A DNA stretch of 64,000 nucleotides from Nitrospirota bacterium (GTDB lineage: Bacteria; Nitrospirota; UBA9217). Made by a program: the position numbers and the translations under genes. Shown piece after piece: positions 37,690 through 48,528 of this stretch; position 1 is the stretch's first letter; each line of letters starts with the position of its first letter. Below the pieces are notes generated by a model, which saw nothing but the letters and a program-made list of their open reading frames with translations, was not told where the DNA came from and did not search any database. Where the stretch lies: assembly GCA_963790205.1 (NCBI GenBank), contig CAWBNQ010000001.1, positions 192,001 to 256,000 of the forward strand. The letters run 5' to 3'.

Positions 37690-38709
37690 TCATCCAAAGC
37701 ACTTCTCAGGCATGAATGATACCCCGTCCCGCATGATGTAATAGGCCGCTCTCGCCAGCTTGTGCGCGAGGGCGTTATGCGCCACCATCCTATTTGTTTT
37801 CTGCGACTTGCGGTTGAAATATGCCCGTGCGGCCTCATCTTCGCGACGTGCAATCTCAGCAGCCTCGGAGAAGGCCCATGCTAGATACTTATTGCCGCAC
37901 TTCTTGTTTCCTTTGCCCTTCTTTTTCTCGTTGCTGATCCACTTTGTCGATACCTTCCGGCAATAGGATGCGAAGTTGCCGACCTGAGCAAAGCGGCTGA
38001 CCGGGCCGGTCTCCAGCATGATAGTAAGACCCAGGATCTTGCCGATTCCTGGAATGGTACGAAGTCCTCCGTATCCTTCCCGGAGATCCATTTTCTTTGC
38101 GAGAACACGCTCGACGGTTTTGATCTGGCGCGTCAGAAAGTCTATGGAATCCTTGCTCACCTGGCCGGCCAACGCCAGGTCTTCGTTGTGTTCGAGAAAA
38201 GGGGCAACGCGATTCGTTCGTAACGCTTTCACATCGTTCACCTTGAGCTTGATCCCGTTATTGCGCGTGACGATGTTCTGGAGTCCTAATATCAGTGAGG
38301 TCCGTACTCTCACCAGATGCGCCCTCTTCCGAAGGAGATCACGGACAGGTCGGTCCTCCTTCGGATAGATATATCCTTCCAGCAGAATTCCCAGGCGAAG
38401 CATCTCGGCCAGCCAGAAAGCGTCGTCCTGATCATCGGAGTACTTGAGCCCGGTGTACTTTTGAATCTCCGCAGGATTGGCTAAATGAACAGGATAGCCT
38501 TCCTCCATGAGTAAGTCCACGAGCCAGTACCAGTTGAATGTGGACTCGACGACAATACCGACGATCTGCTTCTTGTACAGTTTCAGGGTAGCGAGAATGA
38601 CCTCGGGATCATTCGCCAACTTCTTTTTGAATACTCGTTTGCCGTTCTCTTCCTTGATGCCTACATACGTGTTGCTTGAATGCAGATCTAAACCAACGTA
38701 TAATCTCAT
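37690..38709 (-). CDS. IS110-family DEDD recombinase/transposase
   Basis: VGLDLH, VEST, KYSDDQDDA, TIPGIG..LGLTI..E, WISN (catalytic Ser region) and ALAHKLAR motifs. Confidence 0.95.
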   Translation of the reverse strand: MRLYVGLDLHSSNTYVGIKEENGKRVFKKKLANDPEVILATLKLYKKQIVGIVVESTFNWYWLVDLLMEEGYPVHLANPAEIQKYTGLKYSDDQDDAFWLAEMLRLGILLEGYIYPKEDRPVRDLLRKRAHLVRVRTSLILGLQNIVTRNNGIKLKVNDVKALRTNRVAPFLEHNEDLALAGQVSKDSIDFLTRQIKTVERVLAKKMDLREGYGGLRTIPGIGKILGLTIMLETGPVSRFAQVGNFASYCRKVSTKWISNEKKKGKGNKKCGNKYLAWAFSEAAEIARREDEAARAYFNRKSQKTNRMVAHNALAHKLARAAYYIMRDGVSFMPEKCFG

Positions 38710-38918
38710 TAAGCACCTCCTGGGTTAAGATTGGCGTCTTTCCCATGAGCATATCAGAGTCAAACTGATTCTGGTATGCTCGGAGGTGCCCTTTATATGA
38801 TTATCACTTCTTTAAACAGGCTATGAAAAAAATTCGGCAGCCCCGGGAGCGAGAGATTTCTGCCAGGCGGTCTCTCGCTCGTTGTTTTGTCTTAGTACTC
38901 TCTCGCTGATCAGTCGTC

Positions 38919-41120
38919 TCAGATCAATAATAATCCCTTTTCCCGCAGTGTTTTCCATTCATGGGATTTCAGAAAAGATTCAAACGAAGATGAAAAGTGC
39001 TTCTCATAATCCTGTTTCAATTCTTCAAGCAGCATTAATTCCTGATTCTGAACGAAAAATCTTTCAAATATGCCGTTCAACCAGTCGCCGATTTCAGCGT
39101 TGGTGATCAAGGTAAACCTCTCACTTTTAGTATAAAAAACAAACCTGCTCTTTCCCGCCTGTTTTCCGGTCTTCGCCGAATTCTCATGAGTGTTTTGAGG
39201 CCGGTTCTCTATCCAGAGGATCCTGGATCTCAACCGTTCTTTGTCGGAAACAGGCTTCTCATTGATCGCTTGTTCCACGTAATTTCTTTTTATGGAAATT
39301 GCCGAAACCTGAAAGTCGAACCATTCGTGAACTGAAAGATCCGTACCGATACCGTGCATGAAGTTGTAAACCGCCTTATTCAAACCCTGGGCAAAACGCT
39401 GATACTCGCAGCCGGCAAGATCTTCGTGCACGAGGTCATTTTTGGCAAAACCGCCCGCAGGACGATCAAGTATCCTGCAGTTATATTTTTCCGGATTTCT
39501 TCCTACATCGCTGTGAACGGTAGCGGTGAACACATGCCAAAAAGCTGATTGTATGAGTCCCTGTTGAAAGAACTGACGCACGACCTCCAGGGCATCGACG
39601 GTTTCTTGTTCGGTTTGCGTCGGAAACCCATACATCAGATACGCATGCACCAGGATGCCTGCACTGCTGAAGTTGCGGCATGCTTGGGCGGCCTGACGAA
39701 CGGTCACCCCTTTATTCATCAGCTTTAAAAGCCTGTCCGAGGCCGCCTCCAGGCCACCGGTCGCGGCAATGCAGCCTGATGAAGCCAACAGCCTGCACAG
39801 GTCTTCGGTAAAAGCCTGTTCAAAGCGGATATTCGCCCACCAGGAAATGCTGATCTTTCTTCTCAGTAATTCCAGCGCCAATTCTCTCAGGGCCGCGGGC
39901 GGCGCGGCCTCATCAACAAAATGAAAACCGGTCTGTCCTGTCTGGGCGATCACCTGCTCGATCCTGTCAGCCAGCACAGCGGCGGGCGCACCATCGAAGC
40001 GGTTTATATAATCGAGGCTGGTATCGCAGAAGGAACATTGGTGCCAGTAACAGCCATGAGCGATGGTGAGCTTGTTCCAGCGTCCATCGGACCACAGGCG
40101 GTGCATGGGATTGGCAATTTCAACGAGAGAAAGATAGTTATCCAAGGGGAGGTCCGAATAATCCGGGCAGCCGACCTCCGCATGGGAAAAATCTTTTTCC
40201 GTGTCGTCATTCCAATATTTCACGCTATTTGCCACCCTGATAAAGGTCCTTTTAAGCCTGCCCGGATTTTTTTCTTCCCGGAGGAATTTTAAAATATTCA
40301 AAAAAGGACGTTCTCCGTCGTCCAGGGTAATAAAATCAACGTAGTTAAAGACGGCAGGGTCCGAAAGCTCTCGAAGTTCGGTATTAATAAATCCGCCGCC
40401 TGCAATAATTTTAACGTTCTGATGGTTCTTCTTGATATAGTGAGCGCATTTTAACGCCGCATAGACATTGCCGGGAAAGGGAACGGTAACCCCCACAACA
40501 TCCGGGCGATAGTGTTCGACATGTTTTTTCAGTAAAGCCAGTAACGAGGTTTCAATGATATTTTCGGGTTGATGCAAGGCCTGGTCGAGCAAAGAGAAAG
40601 AACGAGCGGACATTCCGAGCTTTTCAGCATAACGGCTGAAACCGAAATAGGGGGTCACCGCATCTTTTATCAGATCGCCGATATCTTCAATATATCGCGT
40701 TGCCAGGAACCGGGCTTTATCGTTCACCCCGATGTTCCCGAACGACCAATCCAGGTCGGGCAATTGATCGAACCGGGAAGCCCTCGGTAAAAAATGATCG
40801 GAGCAGAGGAGTTGGGCAAGGGTATTGTCCCGGTACTGCAAAAAATTCATTACCTGGTCCACGGTTTGCAAATAGTATTGTTCATTGTTCAGGATGTGAA
40901 TTGAATTTTGGGAAATTTGCCCGGCATTCTTTTTCACAGCATCGAACAGCATTTCAAAGCCTTCGCGAGAAAAAATCCTATTGATCAATTCAATGCCTAA
41001 ATCGACCTGAAATACATCATACCCGCGCATTTTCAGAAAGCCTTTCAAATAAGGCGATGCCGGATAGGGGGTATTAAGCTGGGTAAAAGGCGGAGTGATG
41101 AGAAGTATTTTATCAGGCAT
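38919..41120 (-). CDS. B12-binding-domain radical SAM protein
   Basis: PPFTQLNTPYP, GGG..NTELR, HGCYWHQCSFCD (CxxxCxxC) and FVDEAAPP motifs. Confidence 0.9.
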   Translation of the reverse strand: MPDKILLITPPFTQLNTPYPASPYLKGFLKMRGYDVFQVDLGIELINRIFSREGFEMLFDAVKKNAGQISQNSIHILNNEQYYLQTVDQVMNFLQYRDNTLAQLLCSDHFLPRASRFDQLPDLDWSFGNIGVNDKARFLATRYIEDIGDLIKDAVTPYFGFSRYAEKLGMSARSFSLLDQALHQPENIIETSLLALLKKHVEHYRPDVVGVTVPFPGNVYAALKCAHYIKKNHQNVKIIAGGGFINTELRELSDPAVFNYVDFITLDDGERPFLNILKFLREEKNPGRLKRTFIRVANSVKYWNDDTEKDFSHAEVGCPDYSDLPLDNYLSLVEIANPMHRLWSDGRWNKLTIAHGCYWHQCSFCDTSLDYINRFDGAPAAVLADRIEQVIAQTGQTGFHFVDEAAPPAALRELALELLRRKISISWWANIRFEQAFTEDLCRLLASSGCIAATGGLEAASDRLLKLMNKGVTVRQAAQACRNFSSAGILVHAYLMYGFPTQTEQETVDALEVVRQFFQQGLIQSAFWHVFTATVHSDVGRNPEKYNCRILDRPAGGFAKNDLVHEDLAGCEYQRFAQGLNKAVYNFMHGIGTDLSVHEWFDFQVSAISIKRNYVEQAINEKPVSDKERLRSRILWIENRPQNTHENSAKTGKQAGKSRFVFYTKSERFTLITNAEIGDWLNGIFERFFVQNQELMLLEELKQDYEKHFSSSFESFLKSHEWKTLREKGLLLI

Positions 41121-41415
41121 AGAGAGCGTTATTCGCGTCGATTATACGGGACCGGCTCGCTGAATGGCCAAGAAGAGGTCCGTACTGAGCCATAAAAAGA
41201 CGCAAAAAAATCGAACAGACTTGCTCAATCTTACCGGAGTCCGCGTCCTTTGGCAAGCAGAACCTGAGCAGGAAGGGAACCTTACCACGACATCTCTTCG
41301 AAGCAGCCGACCCGTGTTTCCGCGTTGACCGGCCCTCCTTTTCGTGATAAGGTAAAAACGATCCTGTTCATGATAACGAACAGCGTTCACCTCTCGTCTC
41401 CGGCTTTTTAGCACT

Positions 41416-42057
41416 ATGGAAAATCATCTTAAACAGTATCTTGAAAAATGCCTGGGCAGGCCCGTCTCTCTCGTGCTCACGGAAAATTCGACGAGCATGC
41501 TTTCGGCGAGGGCGCATAACGGCGTTCTGCGCATCCGTCTTCACCGGATGTTCCTGAACGCGGACAGCCGGGTAATGAGCGAGATCGCCTCGTACCTGAA
41601 AAACAGAAGAGGCGCAATGCCTCAATTCCGGAGCTTCATCCGGGACAACAGGGAGCAGCTCAGCCTGAAGCCGCCGAAGAAGGTCCTTATTCGGACCGTG
41701 GGCAAATTTCACGATCTTTGCGGATTATACGACGAGATCAACAAGGAATATTTCGGAGGCCTGATCAACGCCGCGATCACCTGGGGAACGAGAAGTCCGC
41801 GCTCCGCGGTAAGAAAAAGGACCGTCGGGAGCTACAGCGAACGGTCGAACACGATCAGGATAAATCCGGTGCTCGACAGGATAGCAGTCCCCCGCTATTA
41901 TGTCGCACTCATCGTCTATCATGAAATGCTGCACGCAGCCATGGGCACGCCCCTTCGGGGAAAAAGAAGGAGCGTCCATTCCCGGGAATTCAAAAAAAGA
42001 GAAAAACTGTTTAAGGATTATGAAAAGGCGATGGCGTGGGAAGGCGGAAAAGCATGA
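41416..42057 (+). CDS. SprT-like zinc metalloprotease domain protein
   Basis: GSY, IRINPVLD, YHEMLH (HExxH) and H..EF motifs. Confidence 0.8.
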   Translation: MENHLKQYLEKCLGRPVSLVLTENSTSMLSARAHNGVLRIRLHRMFLNADSRVMSEIASYLKNRRGAMPQFRSFIRDNREQLSLKPPKKVLIRTVGKFHDLCGLYDEINKEYFGGLINAAITWGTRSPRSAVRKRTVGSYSERSNTIRINPVLDRIAVPRYYVALIVYHEMLHAAMGTPLRGKRRSVHSREFKKREKLFKDYEKAMAWEGGKA

Positions 42058-42155
42058 GCACAGGGTATTTCCAGAAATTGAAATAAAAACGTATGATCGG
42101 AGGAACAGATTCTATTAACGCCGATCAGCTTCACATAGAAATGCTAACCCTGCTT

Positions 42156-45100
42156 TCAGGATAACCTTCTTTTTCCGCGACTTGCTTCTGTCTTCTGCCC
42201 GGTTCCCGGCATATGACTTCTCAGCGGTCTCCGTTGTCTACGCACACCCTCAAACCAGATCCTGAACCGGTCCAGGTATAGATACACCACCGGTGTCGTG
42301 AAAAGCGTCATCATCTGGCTGAAGATCAGTCCGCCCACGATGGCGATGCCGAGGGGACGGCGGAGTTCGGACCCGACTCCGCGGCCGATTGCCAGCGGCA
42401 GAGCGCCCAAAAGAGCCGCCATGGTCGTCATCATGATCGGCCGGAACCGAAGGAGACAGGCCTGGTAGATCGCTTCTTCCGGGCTCTTCCCTTCCCTGCG
42501 CTCTGTCTCGATCGCGAAATCGACCATCAGGATGCCGTTCTTCTTCACAATGCCGATCAACAGGAGGATGCCGATGATGGCGATCACACTAAGGTCAATG
42601 CCGAAGATCATCATGGCAAGCACCGCTCCCACACCGGCAGAAGGCAGTGTCGAAAGGATCGTGACCGGGTGGACATAGCTTTCGTACAGTACGCCAAGCA
42701 CGATGTAGACCGTTATGAGCGCGGCAAGGATCAAAAGCGGCACATTGGCCAAAGAGTCCTTGTACGCCTGGGCAGTGCCCGAGAAGGTCCTCCTGATGCT
42801 CGGCGGCATGCCCATCTGGCGAGTGGCCTCTTCGATCGCCTTGACTGCGTCCCCAAGCGCCACGCCGGGCGCGAGGTTGAATGACGCCGTAATCGACGGG
42901 AATTGTCCTTGGTGGTTCACCGCGAGTGATGTTGCGGTGGGTTCATAATGCGTGAAGGCGTTCAAGGGAATAAGCTGGCCGCTGGATGACGGAACATAGA
43001 TACTTTTAAGCGTATCAGGCTGCTGCCAAAACCGGGGCTGGACCTCCATGACCACGTGGTACTGGTTCAAAAGCGTATAGGTGATCGAGACCTGCCGCTG
43101 GCCGAAGGCATCGTACAGGGTGTCGTCGATGAGCTGTGGAGTGATGCCCAACCGCGAGGCCGTGGCGCGGTCGATCATGAGCGTGGCCTGCAGCCCCTTG
43201 TTCTGCTGGTCGCTGCTCACGTCGACCAGCTGGGGTATTGTTCTCATTTTCTGCAGCACGCGCTGGCCCCATTCGTTCAGCTCCTTCAGGTTTTCTCCCT
43301 GGAGCGTGAACTGATAGAGCGCATTGCTGATCTTGCCTCCGATGCGCAAATCCTGCACCGGCTGCAGACCGGTGAACACCCCAGGCACGCCAGCCAGCTT
43401 CTTGCGCAAGCGGCCGATGATTTGTGGAATTCCGGCGGTGCGTTTTTCAAAGGGCTTGAGCGCGACGAACATTCTCCCTGTGTTCGTCGTGGACCCGCCG
43501 CCTCCTCCTCCGCCGGTGAAGCCGATCACATAATCCACCTCAGGGTCGGATTTGACGATGTTCACGATTTGCAGCAGTTTATCCTCCATGGCCTGAAACG
43601 ATATGTCTTGCGTCGCCTGGACGCCTCCGGCGATCCGGCCCGTGTCCTGTTCCGGGAAGAACCCTTTGGGCACGCGAATGAACAGGAGCACGTTGGTCAT
43701 GATCGTCAGCGCGATGACGACCAACATGAACCGGGAGTGTCTGAGCGCCCAACGAAGGCTTTTTTCATAGTGACCGTGCAGCCAATTGAACGATTGTTCG
43801 CTTGCGCGGAACAGGATGTTGTGAGCGCCTTGTTTCTCGGGCCTCAGGACCGTGGCGCACATCATGGGCGTCGTGGTGAGCGAAACGACAAGCGAGACCA
43901 TGATCGCTGCCGAAAGCGTGACCGCGAATTCCCGAAAGAGCCTGCCGACCATGCCGCCCATGAGCAGAATAGGAATAAAAACGGCAACGAGCGAAACGCT
44001 CATGGACAGGACCGTGAAGGCGATCTCCTTGGTCCCGGACAGCGCTGCCTGAAGGGGAGCTTCTCCTTTTTCCCGGTACCGGGTGACGTTCTCAAGAACG
44101 ACGATCGCGTCGTCCACCACGAACCCGGTCGAGATCGTGAGCGCCATGAGAGAGAGGTTATCGAGCGAATAGCCGAAGAGGTACATTAGGCCGAAGGTGC
44201 CGATGATCGAAACGGTGACCGCGACAGCGGGAATGACCGTAGCGCGTACGTTCCGCAGGAACCAGAACACCACGAGGATCACGAGCACGCCCGAGGCCAG
44301 AAGGGTCCTTTCGACGTCCCGCAGCGACCCGCGGATCGACGGACTTCGGTCGAGCACAACCGACAGGGAAACGTCTCCGGGCAAGGCGGCTTCGAGCTGC
44401 GGCAGAAGCGCCCGTACGCTGTCCACGGTCTCGATAATGTTGGCGCCGGGCTCGCGGAACACGATGACCATCACCGCCGGCCTGCCGTTCACGAAACCCG
44501 CGGCGCGCAGGTCCTCCACGGAATCCTGCACGTCAGCCACGTCCGCAAGCCGCACTGCGGCCCCGGACCGGTACGCAACGACTAGGGGCAAATATTCTTT
44601 GGCCTTGTTCAGCTGGTCGTTCGTGTGGACCTCCCACGTTTTGTCGCCGAACGCCAACTGTCCCTTCGGCGTGTTGACATTCGTGTTGGCCAGCACGGTG
44701 CGTACGTCTTCCAGTCCGATGCCGTACTTCGAGAGCGCCAGCGGGTTCAGATCGATGCGGACCGCGGGAAGGGAACTCCCTCCCACGAACACCTGTCCCA
44801 CGCCCTCCACCTGGGACAGTTTTTGCGCGAGAATAGAGGAAGCGGCGTCGTACATCTGTGCCGTGGTCTTAGTGTCGGAGGTGAGTCCGAGGATAAGTAT
44901 GGGCGCGTCCGAGGGATTGACTTTGCGGTAGGTCGGATTGGCCGGAAGGTTCGCGGGCAGGAACCCCCGCGCCGCATTGATCGCGGCCTGGACGTCGCGC
45001 GCAGCGCCGTCGATATCGCGGTTCAGGTCGAACTGCAGCGTGATGCTCGTCGAGCCGCGGTAGCTCGTGGACGTCATTTCCGCGACGCCTGCGATGCGGC

Positions 45101-45314
45101 CGAACTGGCGTTCCAGGGGCGCGGCTACCGAGGTAGCCATGGTTTCAGGGTCCGCGCCCGGAAGCGCCGCCTGCACCGAGATCGTCGGAAAATCCACCTG
45201 CGGCAGCGGTGACACGGGCAGCACACGGAAGGCAAGCACGCCGGAGAGCACGAGTCCGGCCGTAAGGAGCGTGGTCGCGACCGGTCTCTTGATGAAGATC
45301 GAAGAAATGTTCAT
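42156..45314 (-). CDS. mdtC: RND efflux permease, MdtC-like
   Basis: [32 protein letters not shown] and RFRPIMMTT; second of a tandem RND pair. Confidence 0.88.
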   Translation of the reverse strand: MNISSIFIKRPVATTLLTAGLVLSGVLAFRVLPVSPLPQVDFPTISVQAALPGADPETMATSVAAPLERQFGRIAGVAEMTSTSYRGSTSITLQFDLNRDIDGAARDVQAAINAARGFLPANLPANPTYRKVNPSDAPILILGLTSDTKTTAQMYDAASSILAQKLSQVEGVGQVFVGGSSLPAVRIDLNPLALSKYGIGLEDVRTVLANTNVNTPKGQLAFGDKTWEVHTNDQLNKAKEYLPLVVAYRSGAAVRLADVADVQDSVEDLRAAGFVNGRPAVMVIVFREPGANIIETVDSVRALLPQLEAALPGDVSLSVVLDRSPSIRGSLRDVERTLLASGVLVILVVFWFLRNVRATVIPAVAVTVSIIGTFGLMYLFGYSLDNLSLMALTISTGFVVDDAIVVLENVTRYREKGEAPLQAALSGTKEIAFTVLSMSVSLVAVFIPILLMGGMVGRLFREFAVTLSAAIMVSLVVSLTTTPMMCATVLRPEKQGAHNILFRASEQSFNWLHGHYEKSLRWALRHSRFMLVVIALTIMTNVLLFIRVPKGFFPEQDTGRIAGGVQATQDISFQAMEDKLLQIVNIVKSDPEVDYVIGFTGGGGGGGSTTNTGRMFVALKPFEKRTAGIPQIIGRLRKKLAGVPGVFTGLQPVQDLRIGGKISNALYQFTLQGENLKELNEWGQRVLQKMRTIPQLVDVSSDQQNKGLQATLMIDRATASRLGITPQLIDDTLYDAFGQRQVSITYTLLNQYHVVMEVQPRFWQQPDTLKSIYVPSSSGQLIPLNAFTHYEPTATSLAVNHQGQFPSITASFNLAPGVALGDAVKAIEEATRQMGMPPSIRRTFSGTAQAYKDSLANVPLLILAALITVYIVLGVLYESYVHPVTILSTLPSAGVGAVLAMMIFGIDLSVIAIIGILLLIGIVKKNGILMVDFAIETERREGKSPEEAIYQACLLRFRPIMMTTMAALLGALPLAIGRGVGSELRRPLGIAIVGGLIFSQMMTLFTTPVVYLYLDRFRIWFEGVRRQRRPLRSHMPGTGQKTEASRGKRRLS

Positions 45315-45348
45315 GATGATTCCGTTAAAATCAAAACAAAACCGATTT

Positions 45349-45428
45349 TCACACGAAGACACGAAGCCACGAAGGAATGATGCGACTCATTTTTTATTCC
45401 TCTCTGTGATCTTCGTGGCTTCGTGTGA
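45349..45428. repeat. Intergenic 9-nt-periodic palindrome
   Basis: tcacacgaagacacgaagccacgaag ... cttcgtggcttcgtgtga. Confidence 0.7.
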
Positions 45429-45444
45429 GACGTGCATTGCCTCG

Positions 45445-48400
45445 CTAACTTTTGGAGCGGCCTGCCTTCACCCTTCGCGCGAGCCTATCGAACCAGAGAT
45501 AAACGACCGGTGTCGTGTAGAGGGTAAGGACCTGGCTGATCACGAGTCCGCCTACGATGGAGATGCCGAGGGGACGCCGGAGCTCCGACCCAACCCCATG
45601 CCCGAGCGCCAGGGGCAAAGCTCCTAACAGCGCTGCCATGGTCGTCATCATGATCGGCCTAAATCGCAACAGGCAGGCCTGGTAGATCGCCTCCTCAGGG
45701 CTCTTCCCTTCCTTACGCTCGGCTTCAAGCGCGAAGTCGATCATCATGATGCCGTTCTTCTTCACGATGCCGATCAAAAGAATGATGCCGATGATCGCGA
45801 TCACGGAAAGCTCGCTGCGGAAAAGCATCAATGAAAGCACGGCGCCGACCCCTGCCGAGGGAAGCGTGGACAGGATCGTGACCGGGTGAATGTAGCTTTC
45901 GTACAATACGCCGAGAACGATGTAGACCGTTATGAGCGCAGCCAGGATCAGAAGCGGCTCGTTGGTGAGCGAGGACTTGAAGGCCTGGGCCGTTCCCTGG
46001 AAGCTCCCCTGGATGTTGGCCGGAAGATTCAGCTGTTTCGCCGTATTCTCGATCGCCTCGACTGCCTCGCCGAGGGAAGTATGGGGCGCGAGGTTGAACG
46101 AAGCTGTCACTGCGGGGAATTGGCCCTGCCGGTTTATGACCAGGGGGCCCGTTGTTTCCGATGCCTGGGTGATCGCAGCGAGCGGCACTTGTCCGCCGCT
46201 CGTCCCGCGCAAATAAATTGACTGAAGACCGCCGGGTCCCCGCTGGAAGTCGGGTTTGACCGCGAGTACAACGCGGTACTGGTTCAACTCAGTAAAGATC
46301 GTGGACACCTGGCGCTGACCGAATGCGTCGTATAGCGCGTCATCGATGTTCTGCGGCGTGATGCCGAGCCGCGCAGCGGTATTCCGGTCGATAGAGAGCG
46401 TCATCCTGAGCCCCTGGTCCTGCTGGTCGGTGCTCACGTCGCGGAGTTCCGGGCGGGTGCGCAGCACGTCGATCACCTTCGGCGCCAGCGTGTTCAACTC
46501 ATCGGTATTGGGGTCATCGAGCGTGTATTGGTACTGGGTGCGGCTCACCCGCGCGTCCACGGTGAGGTCCTGCACGGGCTGCATGTAGAGCGTGATGCCC
46601 TGGACCTCGGCCAGCTCCGGCTGGAGGCGCCTGACGACTTCGATCGCGCTCGCGTCCCGGTCGTGCAATGGTTTCAGATTGATCAGGATTCGCCCGCTGT
46701 TCAAGGTCGTGTTGGTCCCATCCACGCCGATGAAGGAAGAGAGGCTTTCGACTGCCGGGTCTTTGAGGATCACCCTGGCAAGGGCCCGCTGGCGCTCGGC
46801 CATGGCGGTGAAGGAGATCGTCTGCGGCGCTTCCGACATCCCCTGTATCGCTCCCGTGTCCTGGACCGGGAAAAACCCCTTCGGAACGACGATATAGAGC
46901 AGCACGGTAAGGACCAGCGTGCTCACGGCAACGATGAGCGTTGCCGTCTGGCGTTTGAGCACCCATTGTAATGTCCTTCCATAGGCCGCGATGATCCGGT
47001 CGAAGTAGAGCTGGGACGCATGATAGAACCTGCCCTGTTTTTCCTCGGGTACGTGCTTCAGGATCCGCGCGCACATCATGGGCGTAAGCGTTAACGAAAC
47101 AACCGCCGAAATCAGGATCGTGACGCCGAGCGTGATGGCGAACTCCCGGAAGAGGCGGCCGACCACGTCCCCCATGAACAAAAGCGGGATAAGGACCGCG
47201 ATGAGCGATACCGTAAGCGAGAGGATCGTGAACCCGATCTGCTTTGCCCCCTTGAGCGCGGCCTGCATCGGCGTCTCCCCTTCTTCAACGTAGCGGGAGA
47301 TATTTTCGATCATGACGATGGCGTCATCAACGACAAAGCCGGTCGAGATCGTGAGCGCCATAAGCGAAAGGTTGTTCAGGCTGAAGCCCATCAGATACAT
47401 CACGCCGAAGGTCCCCACGAGGGAGAGCGGAACGGCTACGGCAGGAATGGTCGTTGCCGGGAGGTTGCGCAGGAACAGGTAAATGACGAGAATGACGAGC
47501 GCGACGGCAAGCAAGAGCTCGTACTCCACGTCCCTGACCGAGGCGCGAATGGTCGTGGTGCGGTCGGTCAGGACCGTGACCCTGATGGCCGACGGCAAGG
47601 CGTTCTGGAGCTGCGGCAGAAGCTTCTTGATCCGGTCGACGACCTCGATGACGTTGGCGCCCGGCTGGCGCTGGATGTTCACGATAACGGCAGGGGAAGT
47701 ATTTATCCAGGCAGCCTGGTTCACGTTCTCGGCATCATCGATCACGTCCGCGACGTCGGACAGGCGCACGGGCGCGTTGTTGCGATAAGCGACGATCAGC
47801 CCCGCGTAATCCTTGCTCGAAAAGAGCTGGTCGTTCGCGTCGATGATGTAGGCCTGACGCGGGCCGTCGAAGCCGCCCTTCGCCTGGTTGACATTCGCGG
47901 CGGTAACGGCGGCTCGCACGTCTTCCAGCGTCAGGCCATAGGCTGCCAGGGCCGTTGGGTTGGCGTGAATTCGCACTGCCGGACGTTGTCCGCCGCTGAT
48001 GCTTACGAGCCCAACCCCCGGCAGCTGGGAAATTTTCTGCGCGAACCGCGTGTCCGCCATGTCTTCAACCTGCGGCAGGGCCAGCGTGTCTGAGGTGAGC
48101 GCCAGGGTCAGGATCGGCGCGTCCGCGGGGTTTACCTTGCTGTAGACCGGAGGGGCCGGGAGGTCCCTCGGCAGGAACGTGAAGGACGCGTTGATGGCAG
48201 CCTGGACTTCCTGCTCGGCAACGTCAAGCGAGAGGTCCAGACTGAACTGCAGGGTGATGATCGAACTGCCGCCGGAGCTCGCCGAGGTCATCTGGGTGAG
48301 GCCCGGCATCTGGCCGAACTGCCGCTCGAGCGGCGCCGTGACCGAGGAGGCCATGACATCGGGGCTTGCGCCGGGATAAAAGGTGCGCACCTGGATGGTC

Positions 48401-48528
48401 GGGTAATCAACCTGCGGAAGCGCGGAGACCGGCAGCTGCTTGTACGCCACCGCGCCGGCGAGGAGAATAGCGACCATCAAGAGCGTGGTCGCTACCGGCC
48501 TCTCGATGAAAATGCGGGAGAAGTTCAT
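45445..48528 (-). CDS. mdtB: RND efflux permease, MdtB-like
   Basis: [28 protein letters not shown] and [14 protein letters not shown] motifs. Confidence 0.9.
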   Translation of the reverse strand: MNFSRIFIERPVATTLLMVAILLAGAVAYKQLPVSALPQVDYPTIQVRTFYPGASPDVMASSVTAPLERQFGQMPGLTQMTSASSGGSSIITLQFSLDLSLDVAEQEVQAAINASFTFLPRDLPAPPVYSKVNPADAPILTLALTSDTLALPQVEDMADTRFAQKISQLPGVGLVSISGGQRPAVRIHANPTALAAYGLTLEDVRAAVTAANVNQAKGGFDGPRQAYIIDANDQLFSSKDYAGLIVAYRNNAPVRLSDVADVIDDAENVNQAAWINTSPAVIVNIQRQPGANVIEVVDRIKKLLPQLQNALPSAIRVTVLTDRTTTIRASVRDVEYELLLAVALVILVIYLFLRNLPATTIPAVAVPLSLVGTFGVMYLMGFSLNNLSLMALTISTGFVVDDAIVMIENISRYVEEGETPMQAALKGAKQIGFTILSLTVSLIAVLIPLLFMGDVVGRLFREFAITLGVTILISAVVSLTLTPMMCARILKHVPEEKQGRFYHASQLYFDRIIAAYGRTLQWVLKRQTATLIVAVSTLVLTVLLYIVVPKGFFPVQDTGAIQGMSEAPQTISFTAMAERQRALARVILKDPAVESLSSFIGVDGTNTTLNSGRILINLKPLHDRDASAIEVVRRLQPELAEVQGITLYMQPVQDLTVDARVSRTQYQYTLDDPNTDELNTLAPKVIDVLRTRPELRDVSTDQQDQGLRMTLSIDRNTAARLGITPQNIDDALYDAFGQRQVSTIFTELNQYRVVLAVKPDFQRGPGGLQSIYLRGTSGGQVPLAAITQASETTGPLVINRQGQFPAVTASFNLAPHTSLGEAVEAIENTAKQLNLPANIQGSFQGTAQAFKSSLTNEPLLILAALITVYIVLGVLYESYIHPVTILSTLPSAGVGAVLSLMLFRSELSVIAIIGIILLIGIVKKNGIMMIDFALEAERKEGKSPEEAIYQACLLRFRPIMMTTMAALLGALPLALGHGVGSELRRPLGISIVGGLVISQVLTLYTTPVVYLWFDRLARRVKAGRSKS

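Larger units (their letters stand above)
37294..38807 (-). mobile_element. IS110-family element, IS1111 type (sub-terminal IRs, long downstream non-coding end)
   Basis: IRs atttaaaggacac (37300-37312) and gtgccctttatat (38786-38798), 11/13 match; TCAC core at both ends (37294-37297, 38804-38807). Confidence 0.88.
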
